Part shown: positions 49,662 through 61,757 of the stretch, piece after piece
How the letters are laid out: each line of letters starts with the position of its first letter
Numbering within the stretch: position 1 is the stretch's first letter
Assembly: GCA_036867785.1 (NCBI GenBank)
Contig: CP145413.1
Span: 1,054,001 to 1,118,000, forward strand
Length of the DNA stretch: 64,000 nt
DNA from: Plasmodiophora brassicae
Lineage: Eukaryota
Reading direction: 5' to 3'
Program-made: the position numbers and the translations under genes
Notes under the pieces: model-generated
Seen by the model: the letters and a program-made list of their open reading frames with translations, nothing else
The model's database searches: none
What the model was told of the DNA's origin: nothing

Positions 49662-50145
49662 ATGCCGCCGCCCGGTATCGTCATGTACGTGCTCGTCGCC
49701 CTGCTAGCATGTCGATCGACGGCCGCGCCGTGCAAGGACCCCGACATGAAGATCTTGTCAACGGTCCGATTCCAAATTGGCGACGTAAACGTGCTCGCGA
49801 TGTGTCGCTGCGTTAGGGCCTCCTTTATTGACGGCCGTGTAGATGGAATGCTTCCGAGAATGCAACGGCTCCGCGCCTGACCGGTTCCTGCCCTGCTATA
49901 GCAAGTGCATGACCGATAACCGCCTGTATACGCTCTTCAGCAAATCGTGTAGGCAGTGCACCAACCAGAGAGCTGTTTGCTACTTCGACTGCAACTTCCC
50001 GGAGATCAACCAGACGATCTGCTGTGAGACCTGCGACGCCCAGCTCACACAATGTGCAAGCGGATCCGCATCCAATGCCGCGCTGCTGTCACCCGTCCGT
50101 CCTAAGCCCGTGCAGAACCGGGCTCCCAGTCCACTTTATCTGTAA
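49662..50145 (+). CDS. Small secreted cysteine-rich protein (134 aa); exons 49662-49763 and 49843-50145
   Basis: Signal-like MPPPGIVMYVLVALLACRSTAA, then a 79-bp GT-AG intron. Exon 2 has 12 Cys in CxxxC/CxxC pairs. Confidence 0.75.
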
Positions 50146-50254
50146 TGGCCCCGACGAGTTTGGTGGAGCAATACACCTAGGTACTTTGTTCCGTTTCACC
50201 CAAGCGCAAGGCAGGTGGCATGAATTGTATTAGAACCACCATGTGAGTTCCCGC

Positions 50255-53200
50255 ATGCAACGGAACGGACAGGTGGAGCGTCCGCGTCGACGCCGCGCAG
50301 CAGGCCCCGTTCGAGTCAGTCATTGCGGCATTCCGTGGATGAGCTGCGTGCTCGGTTCAGTGTGCGACTGGGAGGTCGTACACCAGCGCCTGTCGCTCGA
50401 CATCGATGTCGCGCGGCAGCGTATCGTTGGGATCGCCGTCCTCGCCGTCATCCCACACAACACGGACCCAGGGGCGCCCAGGAAGAACCAGCCGAGCGTC
50501 GCGCCGCAGCACAAGCGATTGTACTTGAACTGCGGTCCCGACATACAGATTCAGTCGGTCACCGTCGATGAGCATTCGGCCACGTTCGAATTGCGATCGG
50601 TGTCTGGCAGTGAACGGGACACGGCGGGCGATCCGAAACGGTTTCCTGAAACGAATTTCCTTGTCGCGCCGCCCGACCTTTCTACATTGCGAAGCCTGGA
50701 CGCGTATGGCGTTGTATTCGACGCTCATCTGGACTGGTTAGATCAAGGAGAACTGTGCATCTTCATTCCTGATCAGGTCGGAATGTCGTAGTTTGTGTGT
50801 GTGTTCCGCCCACTGTCGTGACGGTTTCCTACCTATGTAGGTTGTCGTCGGACAGAAACAACTTGGTCCATTACTCCCCGAGTCGGTTTCGTCATCAGAT
50901 GCCGCCGCCATGGATGGCCTTAATGTCCCGGTTCTTGTCACGATCCACTATGTGGTTGATGGACCAACATCCGGAATACAGTTCACGCGACCCTCCACAC
51001 ACTTCCCTCGAACGCCGTGGACTGCGTTTGCTTACACAGAATTCGCCAACGCTTCGGCATGGTTTCCGTGTCGCCTGTCACACGTATGTCTGGGACACGT
51101 TTGGGGTATTGGCATCGTTCTCATACTTTTATAGTGGGAGCGTGCGACGTTCGATTTTCATATCACGGTGCCGTCTTCGTACAAGGTGTTCTGCCCTGGG
51201 CGGCTTGTCCGCGAAACACCTGCCAATGAAACGCATACAAAGACGGAGCATTGCTTCGAGGTCGACGAACCGATTCTGGCCAGGAGCGTGTCGTTCGCCG
51301 TTGGCGAGTTTGAGGTCGTTTCAGACGACGCGTATGCTGGCTTGGGCTTCCCTTTGACGCACTGCATGCCTGCTGGATTCGCCCCACAAGATCATCTGTT
51401 GCACACAGTACTGTTATTGGAAACATGCCGCGCTCGGTGTCCTTACTAAGTGGTATAGGTGTCGTGCACGAGTGAAATATTTTCCACATATGCAGAATAC
51501 CTGGGGCAGTCGTATCCGCTCCCTGGGTACACGCAGGTGTTCGTCGATCCTGCCTTTTCTGATGTTCAGTCTATGACCAATGTGACGTTGCTGTCGGCTG
51601 ATTTGATCCATTCCGACGCTGTCATTGACCAGACATGGAAAGCTAGACGCAGCATTGCTGAAGGTTTGCTGCAAACACTCCTTCACTGTGATTATTTACA
51701 CTGGCGTAGGTATTGCACGTTCGTGGATATCTCATACTGTTCAACCGCGAACTCATGCGGATCACTGGATTGTTGAGGTCGGTTTAGATCACAACTGGAG
51801 TACGCGCTGGAGCTTAGACCTCGTCCAGGGCATGGTTGGATTTCTGGTTGCCATTTACATCGAGAAGGCGTTTGGCCGAAATGAACGCCGGATCCAGCGA
51901 CAGCGGATAACAGACGACGTCGTCCGGGGTGCAAGACTGCCGTGGACTATTCCCATATCGTCGGAACTGTATGGGCACCCAGCAGAGGTTCACAGTTTGT
52001 ATTTCCATCAGAAGTCGACCATCGTCATGCACATGCTTGCGGATCTGATCGGCGAATCCTCCTTCCGTGACATTGTCAAACAGCTCATTGACGATGATGC
52101 TGTCTTGCCCCAGGTTTTTTCCCTGTCTGCATTGTTGCTAGACCTCATACTGAAATTTGTGTTTCGTCCAGGCCGACCTTCCGATGCTTCAGCCGGATCA
52201 GACATCGGTTGCAACACCTTCCACACCTATGTTCTCGTCTGGTATGGCTCGTGGTTCAGGTCTGGTGAACGCTACTGACACAGAGTTGCAGGTACGCCAT
52301 TGGCAGCACAACTTGAAAAGCCATCTACCGGTGGAAGCGCTCGCGGCATCAGTACAAAAAGGCTGCTAAAGCTGGCTCGGCATCGTTCAGCGCTCAACCT
52401 GGATGACTTCTGTGAGCGGTGGATCAACGGCGTACATTGTCCCGTTCTCAAAGTGGCGGCGAGCTTCGAGCGGAAGAAGAGTGCGTGTCGAGTTCAGATC
52501 GAGCAGGCTGGCGTCATCGCCCATGGCATTCTGAAAGTCTACGTGTACGAAACCGACCAGCAGGTCTACGAGCACGAGAGCCGCATGGATTCGCTCGTGG
52601 AGACATTCGTGTTTTCGTGCCATTCCAAGGTTCGGAAGAACCGCAAACGTTTCGACATCGATGCCGGTGAAGAGGACGAGGATGAATTCAGCGGTGGGGA
52701 TGACGAAGTTCTGGAGGGCGACGAAGGGTCACCCACCGATGGCGCTGATGGGTCATTGCTTAGCAAGCACGGCAAGAAACTGAAGAACGACACGCCCATC
52801 AGGTGGGTGCGCATCGACCCGAAGTTCGGCTGGATTCGCAGCCTATCAATCGATCAGCTGCCTCTCTGGGCAGAACTTGAGCTTCGCCATTCTCCTGACG
52901 TTATCGCCCAGATTGAAGCTGTCATTTGTCTTGGCAAAGCGCTTCTTCGAGGAGTCATCAGTGCCCAGCGGGGGAAGGAAAAGGACCCGCTGCAAACGTT
53001 GATGGCGTTCAACGCTCTAAAGGACTGCCTAGAGAACGGCGACTATTTCCACCAAGTTCGCGTTTTCGCTGCGCAGCAATTTGCAACGTGTGCCCGTCCT
53101 CGTAAGGTCAATGGCACCGACCGTCAGCTGTCCGTCCTGATCGACTTCATCAAGGAGAAGCTGTACAGCCCGCCTGACTACTCCCTCGTTGAACCAACGG

Positions 53201-54348
53201 GTTTCAACGACTTCAGTGAGCATCTGGTTATTCGCGGCACGTTCCACGCTGTGGCATCTGTTCGCATACCCGGCCCCGGAGGCAGACCGGTTTCGCCCAA
53301 CGCCTGCGTCGATCTTCTCGTCGACCTTCTCAAGGACAACGATAACTCGCAGAACTACTACGACGATAGCTATTATGTCTCTGACTTGCTCACCGCCCTC
53401 GGCAAGCTGGCGCCTGCGACCGACGCCGACCGCGATCGTGTGTTCAAGCAAATCGAGCGCCTCCTCGACCACGAGCATTTGTTTCCGTCGTACCGACGGC
53501 TTGTCACGTGCGCGTGTTTAAGCGCAGTTGCATCGATTCAGGTCGCGCATGCTCGACGCAATGAACCTCAGGTTGATCCCGATGCCGCCAAGCTCGGCAT
53601 CGAACTGGTCCCTTCCGTGCAAGCGCCCGTGGCGTCCGTCGCCCAGCGCCAATCGTCACCAGATCTCGTGTTCGATGTTCTCCGATATGCGTCTGGCCAC
53701 CACCCACCTGCTGTCAGAGTCACTGCTGTGGCCTCTGGTGCACGCATCGCAGTGGCTCGCCCCGACCTCGTCACGCGCCTTGTCGAATGCATATCCCGAA
53801 CGAGGTCACCTGTGCTGCGAATTCGCATGGCAGAAGCGTGGTCGTGTGCATGGACAGACGCCCGGGTGCGGGCAGGCTCCGCCGACCACAACCCGTTCTC
53901 AGCGTTCGAAGACGTGTCTACGAGGCAGTACGCTGACGCGATCTGGAGCGTGCTGACGGGGCCGCAGGCTCTGTCGTGTGAGCGCTTCCGTCAGCACATC
54001 TATGTCGTGTATGCCTGCGCGTTCGGCATGTCAGCGCCTAAGTGCATGTCCGACAACGTCGACCTGCTGGCACGCGATCGCGAGATCCTGTCCGACAAAC
54101 GTCTCGCCCGGTGCCCGAACGCCGTCCGGCGGTCGGCGGCGCGCGCCAAGCAGAAGCAGGACCAGCAATTCACTGTCAAGCAGAAGAAACGCCCCGCCAG
54201 GCCCAAGACCGGTGCCGGTGCCACCGACCAGGCGAAGCAGAACACACCAGCGGCCGTCTCCGCGTCACCCGCCATTGGCGCTCCCCGATCTGCCATCGCG
54301 ACCCCACTCCGAGACCCTGTCGGCGCTGACATGGAAATCGAACTCTAA
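50255..54348 (+). CDS. TAF2: TFIID subunit 2 (M1 aminopeptidase-like fold)
   Basis: Motifs present: VHQRLSLDID...IVG, SAWFPC, SFAVGEF, YPLPGYTQVFVD, FGRNE, IRWVRIDP, DVIAQIEAV, FHQVRVFAA, DNDNSQNYYDDSYY, FPSYRRLVT. Confidence 0.92.
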
Positions 54349-54584
54349 ATATGACAGTCTCATCGCTGGGTACCGTAAATAGTCGCCCGATCATTCGGCC
54401 CGTTGCCGCAAAAAGAGTGTGCCCTGGCCATGCCTTGCCTGCCTGGCAACAACAAGTTTGGGTCGTGCGTGTTTTTTATCGTCAGGCCGACGGGCCACGG
54501 GGGGTTCCGCTCGACCCAGTCGGCTGGGCCTGGCAGCCGGGCGAGTGTCCGAGTTCGTTCCGCACGACGGCGGGAGGGGGGGCG

Positions 54585-56405
54585 ATGGGGATCCAGGAGT
54601 TGCCCGGCAGCGTCGTGCAGGCGCTGACGTTCGTGTGGGACGAGCTGGGCCTGCCCGACGACGAGCGACGGACGGCGCAGGCGGCGCTGCTGGCCGACGT
54701 GGACGCGCTGCTGTCGGCGCGTGTCGCCTCCGAGAAGGAGCGCGTCAACGACGCGCGTCATGCGGTCGAGTCCGCCAGGCATCAGATCATGCAGATGCAT
54801 GAGGCGCTTGGCGATGAAGGCACGCCATCGCTGCCCGAGATCGCGCCCGGCGTCTCGCTCCTGGAGCAGGTCCGGATCCACGAGGCGGCCGTGAAAACGC
54901 TCACGTCCCGAACGCAAACCGTCGCGGACGTGATATCGCAGCATCTCCTTCGAATTCAGTCCGTATACCAAGAGCTCGGCATGGACCTACCCGAGGAATT
55001 CGCCAGCGTCGGCGCTACGGATCTGACCCCGTTCCGCCTGACGTACATCGAAGCGGCTTTGGAGCAGGCCATGGGCGAGAAGAGGTCGCGTCGTGCGATG
55101 ATGGACAAACTTCTGGCTTCCATCGGCAAGATCGCCGTCCAGCTGTCCCCGACTCCAATCGGCCCCGCCGACTATCGCATTGACATGGCGTCGATTGAAC
55201 GGGAGGAGAAACGCTTGGCGCAGATGCAGAAGGATCTTGAACGGCACACCCAGACGCTGGAGGAGTTGCGGGCGCACGTCGAGGACCGGTGGACGCTCCT
55301 GAAGACCGACATGGACCACGTCAACCGATTCCGCAGCATGCTTCGAGGCGTTCTGCATGCCGACATTGCCATGTACGAGCAAGAACGGACGAAGCTGGAT
55401 GCCCAGTACCAGGCTAGCGTGCCGTTACTCATTCAGGAAGCACGCACGCGGATCCGGGACCTTCACCGAGAACTTCGCCATGTCGTTCATGACGACGATG
55501 ACGTCGACGACGGATTCTCTGGAGCCGATGAAAGCCTGTTGACGATGCTGGAGTCTCGCGAGAAGAAGCTTCGAGCGGAGCTTGAGAAGTCCAGGGCGGT
55601 CCTGCAATTGGTGGCGAAATGGGAGAAGTGCCACGGCGAGCTTTGCGAGGGCAAGCGTGAGGCGCAGGCGTACGCCAACGACCCGAACAGGTTTCACGGT
55701 CGGCAGGCGTTCAAGATGCTCAAGAAGGAAGAGGATCTGAGGCGCCTCGAGACGAAGGTCCTGCCGCGCTTGCAGGAGAAATTGTTCGTCGCCGTTCGCT
55801 CCTGGGAAGCAGAGAACGGGTCGCCTCTGATGGTCGAAGGTGTACCGTTTCTGGAAGCAATGCAGCAGCAGCTCGAGAAGGACAAGGAGAATGAATTGCA
55901 GAACCAGGTGCAGCAACAATCGTCGACGCTTCCGGCCGCCGCTCGTATCCTGAACACACCGTCGCCAGCAGTCAATCGTCGCAAGTCCATGTCGGCGTCG
56001 CTGTCGTCGTCGCGACGGTCTACCCCAGATTCAGTCAGTCGCGCCCCGCGTCGTACGCGTCTCCCCAGTTTCGATGACCGGAATGGGCTGTCCCAACTGC
56101 CTCCTCGTACGCCCACTTCGGACAACGTGGTCGAGCGCGTGCTTCAGCAGGCGGATGCGGCGCTAGCGTCAGCGGCGTCGACCGAGGCGAACTCGCGGCA
56201 AGCGCTGAAGTCCGTCACCGACACCATCCATCGCCTCGAGTATGCCAGCAAGGCCGACCCCGCCGCTCGCCTGAAGAACGCGGATGCCCTGTGCGACCTG
56301 TACCACAAGCGGTCCGTCATCTACACGGCGATCGGCGAGTACGACGCCGCGCTCGAGGATTCGGAGGCCGCCCTGGCCCATGGCAACCGCAACTACTCGT
56401 TATAA
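54585..56405 (+). CDS. MAP65/Ase1/PRC1 microtubule cross-linker with a C-terminal TPR-like tail (intronless)
   Basis: LTFVWDELG...LIQEARTRIRDL...ANDPNRFHGRQAFKMLKKEE...LPRLQEKL...WEAENGSPLMVEGVPFLE is the MAP65_ASE1 core. Confidence 0.9.
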   Translation: MGIQELPGSVVQALTFVWDELGLPDDERRTAQAALLADVDALLSARVASEKERVNDARHAVESARHQIMQMHEALGDEGTPSLPEIAPGVSLLEQVRIHEAAVKTLTSRTQTVADVISQHLLRIQSVYQELGMDLPEEFASVGATDLTPFRLTYIEAALEQAMGEKRSRRAMMDKLLASIGKIAVQLSPTPIGPADYRIDMASIEREEKRLAQMQKDLERHTQTLEELRAHVEDRWTLLKTDMDHVNRFRSMLRGVLHADIAMYEQERTKLDAQYQASVPLLIQEARTRIRDLHRELRHVVHDDDDVDDGFSGADESLLTMLESREKKLRAELEKSRAVLQLVAKWEKCHGELCEGKREAQAYANDPNRFHGRQAFKMLKKEEDLRRLETKVLPRLQEKLFVAVRSWEAENGSPLMVEGVPFLEAMQQQLEKDKENELQNQVQQQSSTLPAAARILNTPSPAVNRRKSMSASLSSSRRSTPDSVSRAPRRTRLPSFDDRNGLSQLPPRTPTSDNVVERVLQQADAALASAASTEANSRQALKSVTDTIHRLEYASKADPAARLKNADALCDLYHKRSVIYTAIGEYDAALEDSEAALAHGNRNYSL

Positions 56406-56605
56406 GGACACGCATCCATATTGTCCCATGCGCGGATGCTCGTTCGCCATGGTTCGTTGCCCCGCTGTAGGCACAGGTAGGGGGGACCAGGCCGAAGCGG
56501 TGCCGGCGGCTCGTGTTTTCCTGGGCGAGCGCTTTTCGTGAAATCGCGCGTGAACGACTGGGAATCTTTTGCGCGTGTGCGGGGCAGACGGTGGGGCTTG
56601 GTGTA

Positions 56606-59131
56606 ATGAGCTCGGCACCCGGGGCCGACGATGCCCGTGGTCAGTCCGGCGAGGTCCTGTGGGTGTGCTCGACGATTGACCACTGCGGTGCGCAGCCCTG
56701 ATCCGGTCGCAGTGGCGGTTTCCGGCCGTCTGCCATTTCTGCTCGGTGTTCCGGGCCGCTCTCGGCCTGCCCGCGTTCTCGCCCGGCGAACTGGAGAATG
56801 CCGTCCTGGATGCATCGAGCCCGCTTCCGGAACTCCACTGGAAGCTGACGCATATTGGGCAAGACCTTGCGCGATCCCGAAACGCGAAAGCGAGCGGGTC
56901 CTCAACGTCGTCACATTCGCCGGTGGACACACGCTGACGGCCGCTGCCTGCGTAGGTTTCCAGGATGGGAATCGGCTCTGGCAGCCGTGTTAAAGTCGGT
57001 CCAAGTCGAAGAGGAAGACATCGGTGTCGTACTCGGCAGGGTTCCATACGGCGACCTGTCACCTGTTGATCGGGTTTGATGGTCGCGAATCCGTAACGAT
57101 ATGCATGGCCCTCATTCGTGCTACCAGCTTCGTATCCTGCATGTGTTATGTTGCAGGTCCCTAGACGTGTCCGATGAAATATATGCTTTCTGCACCCAGT
57201 CGCCGTCTGAAGTGGTCTGTGGATTGTCGGTGCGTGGTTCCACCGGTTTGCCTGCATCCCAACACTTGTATGCAGGTTGCCGACCCGATTGGCATCGATG
57301 CAAACGGGACTTCATATTACCGTTTCTCAGGTATATGGACCTGTGTGACCTGTTCCCACCTCGGCTCACCTCGTGTCGGTTGCAGATGATGCTTGGCTGT
57401 TCACTGAAAAGGTTAACTCCACCAAGGGGCGGCGAGATGGATCGTCGGAGGATTCCATTGTGTGGGGTGTTGCCACGACCACGCTTGCTGAATTGCGTGA
57501 CCTGGCAACCGCTTTGGATGGTGGCAAGAACGCTTCGCAAAAGGCGTTTGTGAAGCGCTTACGAGAAGATATACTTCCCGCGCTTGATGCTGCAGAAAAG
57601 GTATGATTTCGCAGGCCCACTCGATTCATATCGTCCGTGCTTATTGCTGGGCAGAGCCGTTTACGTAGTGAGTACAAGCGCAACGTTGTCGCATTCATGC
57701 CCAGAAGGCAATCGTCACGTATCCAAACGAAGGTACGGCGACTGGGTTGTCGTTGCCGCCATCTGTTTATTTCGTGCGTCAGATGGCCGAAGAGGAAGAG
57801 CTAAGGGCCCAGCTGGAGGCGGCCGAAGAAGAGGAAAGGATAAAACAGGAAGAACGCGAACGTATCGAGGCTGAAAGACGGGAACTTGAAATTGAGCATG
57901 CACGGTTAGTTCTCCGTTGAGATCCGCGTCTCGAGTCGGCTCAGACATGAAGCATCTGTTTAGAGAATTAAGGGCACAGCGTCGCGAGCAACAACTGCTA
58001 CTGCAAAGAACCGATTCGCCAAGGTATGCTGTCGAAACGGTCACAGCCCCTGATCTGCGTCGATAACAGCGGCAACGTTTAACAGGCCGCGATCCCGCTT
58101 CTCTGGACGACTTGCTGCCGAAGCAGTTGATGACGGCAGCGCTGATGCTGCGATGATTCCGACGGGTGCGGGAAGTGTTCCTGAGCCCCGCGAGCCGCCT
58201 GTCGATGATAATGTTCGCCCTGCCGATTATCGACACCATTCCGCCATCTCGCTGTATTGCTAATCGCATCCTTCCGATATGTCTTGCTGAAACACGACAT
58301 GGCAGGAGTGTCGTGGATAACGACGCCAGTGATGTGGGTGCGAGCCAGCAGGACGGGTCATCAGACACTGCTGCGTCCCTGGTCGCCGTCGAGTCGAAGT
58401 CCTTACTTGACAGGGTGCAGGATCGGTACCCAGGATGAGCAACGCTTGTCGTGGACATCTGCTGACTACAGCGTCAGCAATCTGAGCCGCTCAGGTAATA
58501 ACGGGTCGATGGAGCCGGTCACATCGTTCGAGATGGAGGTGGAGTCTAACGAGTCTGGCCTGGGGACCGCGCCCGACGAAGTCGATTCCATCCGCGCCCA
58601 GAATCATGACCGGTACCGTGGCGGGCATTGGAAGCGTACACACGGCTGACCGTGCCCCTGTCAGGGACATGCCACATGTGCAGGGCAGGCCGGATCGGAC
58701 GCCTCGTACCTCTCCAGCACATGTCATTACCGAGGTATCGTTGTCGAGAACGCAAGGTCCATCTGCCACGGTTCAACGTCTGAACCCGCAGGCTCTCGTG
58801 CCGCCAGCGCCTCATTTCCCTCCGCTGTACGTGCCGCTGCCAATGTGCACCTGGCTGCTGCTGACCACGTTCTAGGGCTCGCAACGCTGAACTGACGTGT
58901 GAGTCGTCCGCCGGCGTGGTCCTGCCTCCCGCCGTCTCCGTTGCCACGACGGCACTGTCCACTACGTCGATGCGGACGACAACGAGCGGCACAGCGTTCA
59001 AGCCGGTAACGCGAAGCCCTCTGTCGACCTGCGCTGAGCCGGCCTACACCGACCGAGCGTCGCTGGACCAGTCCCTGTGTGAACCGTCCCTGTCGGATCG
59101 ATCTGCGGGCGAGCAGTCGGCATCCGAATAG
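56606..59131 (+). CDS. DDT + WHIM-domain ISWI accessory subunit (CECR2/RSF1-like); 3' exons uncertain
   Basis: Spliced ALIRSQWRFPAVCHFCSVFRAALGLPAFSPGELENAV (DDT), YGDLSPVDRLRILHVLC (WHIM1), PIGIDANGTSYYRF (WHIM2), WGVATTTLAELRDLA (WHIM3), RRQSSRI and a charged coiled coil. Confidence 0.8.
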
Positions 59132-59189
59132 GGGCCAGAGATCCCGTTATTAAACTCACATCCGCTGCAAGCCGAACGCCTCTTCTGTA

Positions 59190-59742
59190 TCACGCGTTTG
59201 GCGGCGGCGCGAATCCAACGCCGATGCAGTGGCCGATGGCATCCCCAGGCGACAGGTACCATTTCGGGACGACAACAACGGAGGCGACGACGGCGATAGC
59301 AGTGCCAACCAGCCCATACACTGTAAGCGGGCTCGGGTGCGTCATGGCAATTCCGATCAGTGACCAGGCGGTGACAACGACGAGGCCGCCCGATTCACGG
59401 CCCAGTTCGGTGCGAGGCGACAGGTCCCATGCGCCATGCTCCAACCGCAGCTCGGTCAGCGTCGTGGCCGCGACCAGCATAACGAGCGCGAACGCAGCGC
59501 GGGACCATGAGCGAACCCCGACGATCGCCAGCACGCACGCGAAGAACGTCGTGCCGTACACGCCGATCCAGAACGCCTTATCCGGATCGCTGATCGCACC
59601 CAGTCAGCATCGCCGCCCGTGCACACCCGCAACGCGGACGTTACTTTTGCTGGACGTAGGCGGCGTACGCGAAGAACACGGCCATGACGGCATGCGGGAC
59701 GGCCAGCGTCGCCCCATCGACGTGCGCCGTCTTCGTCCCCAT
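59190..59742 (-). CDS. TMEM220: TMEM220-family membrane protein (2 exons)
   Basis: MAVFFAYAAYVQQ|NDPDKAFWIGVY...ELGRESGGLVVVTAW matches the TMEM220 motifs (AAxVQxNDPD...W...Y; E.GRE..GL). Confidence 0.8.
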
Positions 59743-60077
59743 CGCAAAAACGAACGACCTCCGGCGGGCCACTGCCGTCAGTCGATCTGTCGATGCCGTT
59801 CCGCCCGCAGCGCCCCGTCTCATCAGACGGTTCGCGGGTGGGTGTCGCCGTCGTCGGCCGGCGCGTTTCCAGCGCCCGACGGGAACGATCCGCGGTTTCT
59901 TGGCTTGGCCGTCGGGCAGTTAAATACGGAAAGGTGCCGGATCATGCCCGCCCAGTGGGGCGGCCACGCGGCGCCGCACAGTGCAGTCGCTAAAATAGCC
60001 GCGCGCGTCACTCCGCGGGGTGGGCCCGGCGTGGAGAGGTCATGATGGCCGGCGGCACTCACTCTGGCGGCGCGACG

Positions 60078-60671
60078 ATGAGGATCGCAGCCACGATCAT
60101 CGTCGTCAACGCATGCGTGGCTGTGCTGGCGGCGGGCACCTGGGATGCCGCCATGGGTATGGGGTTGATCAAGCGGTCGGGGAGCGTTGACGCGGCCACA
60201 GTGAGCCTTCAGCATCGGGAACAGAGCCGCAGACGGGTGTCCAGCCGGCGTCATCATCAAGATATCCCACGACCCCGGCGATGGTTGCTGCACCCGTCTA
60301 CGGCGCTGATTGGTGTTGGCGTCGTCGTCCTGATGCGCACGTTGGCTCGTAGGCGCCGTCTGAAACCTGTTGTGCCCCGACCCAAGTCGACCATGAAAGC
60401 GCTGCTGGTTGGGATACCAGCGGTCGCGACATCAGCGTTATTGTGCATGTTCACGCGGCACAAACCGAACCAGGCCTCTCCAGAGGCGTCTCCTCCCGTC
60501 GTCGTTCGTGTGCAGGAACGGCCGCGCTGCTGTATACCGGCATTTCTCGTCATTCTCATCATCATGGCTGTTATCACGGCCGGCGTTATTGTTGCTGTCA
60601 TCGTCTCCAGGCGCCACCAGTCCCGAGACCTGCGCTCCTCCAGCGTTGTCGACGACGACCTTCCGACCTGA
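60078..60671 (+). CDS. Signal peptide plus three hydrophobic segments with Arg-rich linkers (intronless, ~197 aa)
   Basis: MRIAATIIVVNACVAVLA; ALIGVGVVVLM; ALLVGIPAVATSALLCMF; IPAFLVILIIMAVITAGVIVAVIV. Confidence 0.7.
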   Translation: MRIAATIIVVNACVAVLAAGTWDAAMGMGLIKRSGSVDAATVSLQHREQSRRRVSSRRHHQDIPRPRRWLLHPSTALIGVGVVVLMRTLARRRRLKPVVPRPKSTMKALLVGIPAVATSALLCMFTRHKPNQASPEASPPVVVRVQERPRCCIPAFLVILIIMAVITAGVIVAVIVSRRHQSRDLRSSSVVDDDLPT

Positions 60672-60968
60672 TGGCGCTCGCTGCCGTATCGGTAACCCCC
60701 AACGCATACCCTATTTCGTCGCCGGCTAATAATGGTACGTCCTTAACATACATTCAACGAAACGTTTCCGGACGTGTGTCGCCCGCCCATAGGCCCCGGA
60801 TGGCAGAGGCGCAGAAATGGTGCGCGCGCAACACAGAAACCTGCGACTGTCGAGCGGAGTGTAGTCTCCCACTGCGGACAGTGGCGAACCATGACGGCGT
60901 GACCCGACAGGGCGTGCTATGAATAGACGGGCGCTCCCGGGCGCCGGCGGCATTCTTGCCCCAGGGGC

Positions 60969-61622
60969 ATGGCGAGATGGAACGACGTTCATGCCCTCCT
61001 GGTCCTGCTCGTCGCCCCGTACATGGTGGGCCTCGTGTCGGCACGAGGGCGCAGCATAAGCGAGGTCGTCAAGCCCGGCAGTATCGGCGGGGGCCGGACG
61101 CCCACACGAGCGTCCAGCGTTCCCGCACCAGGCCGCCTGGCGGATCACGCCTCACGTGCTTCGCAGCGCAATGCGTCCCGAATCACGCCGGCGCACGTGG
61201 CTGCGACCTTGGCCGTCGTGATGCTGCCGGTCGTGCTGAAGAAGGCGCACGACGCGGTTAGAGACAGCAGTCGTCGTCGTGGGCGGCCGCGTTCGCTGTG
61301 GCCTGTCCCGCGCCGCATGTCCTGGAAGAATGTCGTCTTCGGTCTGCCAGCCGTCGCGTTCCCAGTGGCCTGGTGGGTGGCCATTCGACCGAGGCGGCAA
61401 CGTCAGATGCGGAAACACGTTCCACTGCCGCACCTCCATCAACGGGGTGGCCGAACGAACTCACAAGCGGCGCTCTTCGTCCTGATCTGCACGTTCGCGT
61501 TCCTGTTCATCATCGGGCTGGCGTGTGTTGCCTGCAGCGAACGGAGCAGCCGATCGCCGTCTCTATCCGACGACCACCCGCTACGCTTGTCGTGCCACGA
61601 TGTGCTTAGACCGGATCAGTAA
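60969..61622 (+). CDS. Signal peptide plus three hydrophobic segments with Arg-rich linkers (intronless, 217 aa); likely paralogue of 60078-60671
   Basis: ALLVLLVAPYMVGLVSA; VAATLAVVMLPVVL; WKNVVFGLPAVAFPVAWWVAI; AALFVLICTFAFLFIIGLACV. It shares K..V.G[IL]PAVA and an S..DD tail with its neighbour. Confidence 0.7.
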   Translation: MARWNDVHALLVLLVAPYMVGLVSARGRSISEVVKPGSIGGGRTPTRASSVPAPGRLADHASRASQRNASRITPAHVAATLAVVMLPVVLKKAHDAVRDSSRRRGRPRSLWPVPRRMSWKNVVFGLPAVAFPVAWWVAIRPRRQRQMRKHVPLPHLHQRGGRTNSQAALFVLICTFAFLFIIGLACVACSERSSRSPSLSDDHPLRLSCHDVLRPDQ

Positions 61623-61757
61623 ACGTCCATTCATGTTAGAGAACCTCGACCATCCCTAATGGCATCAGACGACTCCCGGTGATCGAGTCGACGAGGATCT
61701 CTACCAGTTCCGGGCAGTCGTACAACAAGCTGGGCTCTGCTCGATCATTGTCGTGTA

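Noticed and set aside
59993-60011. Reverse-strand GTGAC-N8-CTATTT upstream of the 60078 gene, similar to the family motif
   Set aside because: The spacing (8 vs 11) and orientation differ, and the neighbouring gene has only a weaker variant. Not distinguishable from chance.
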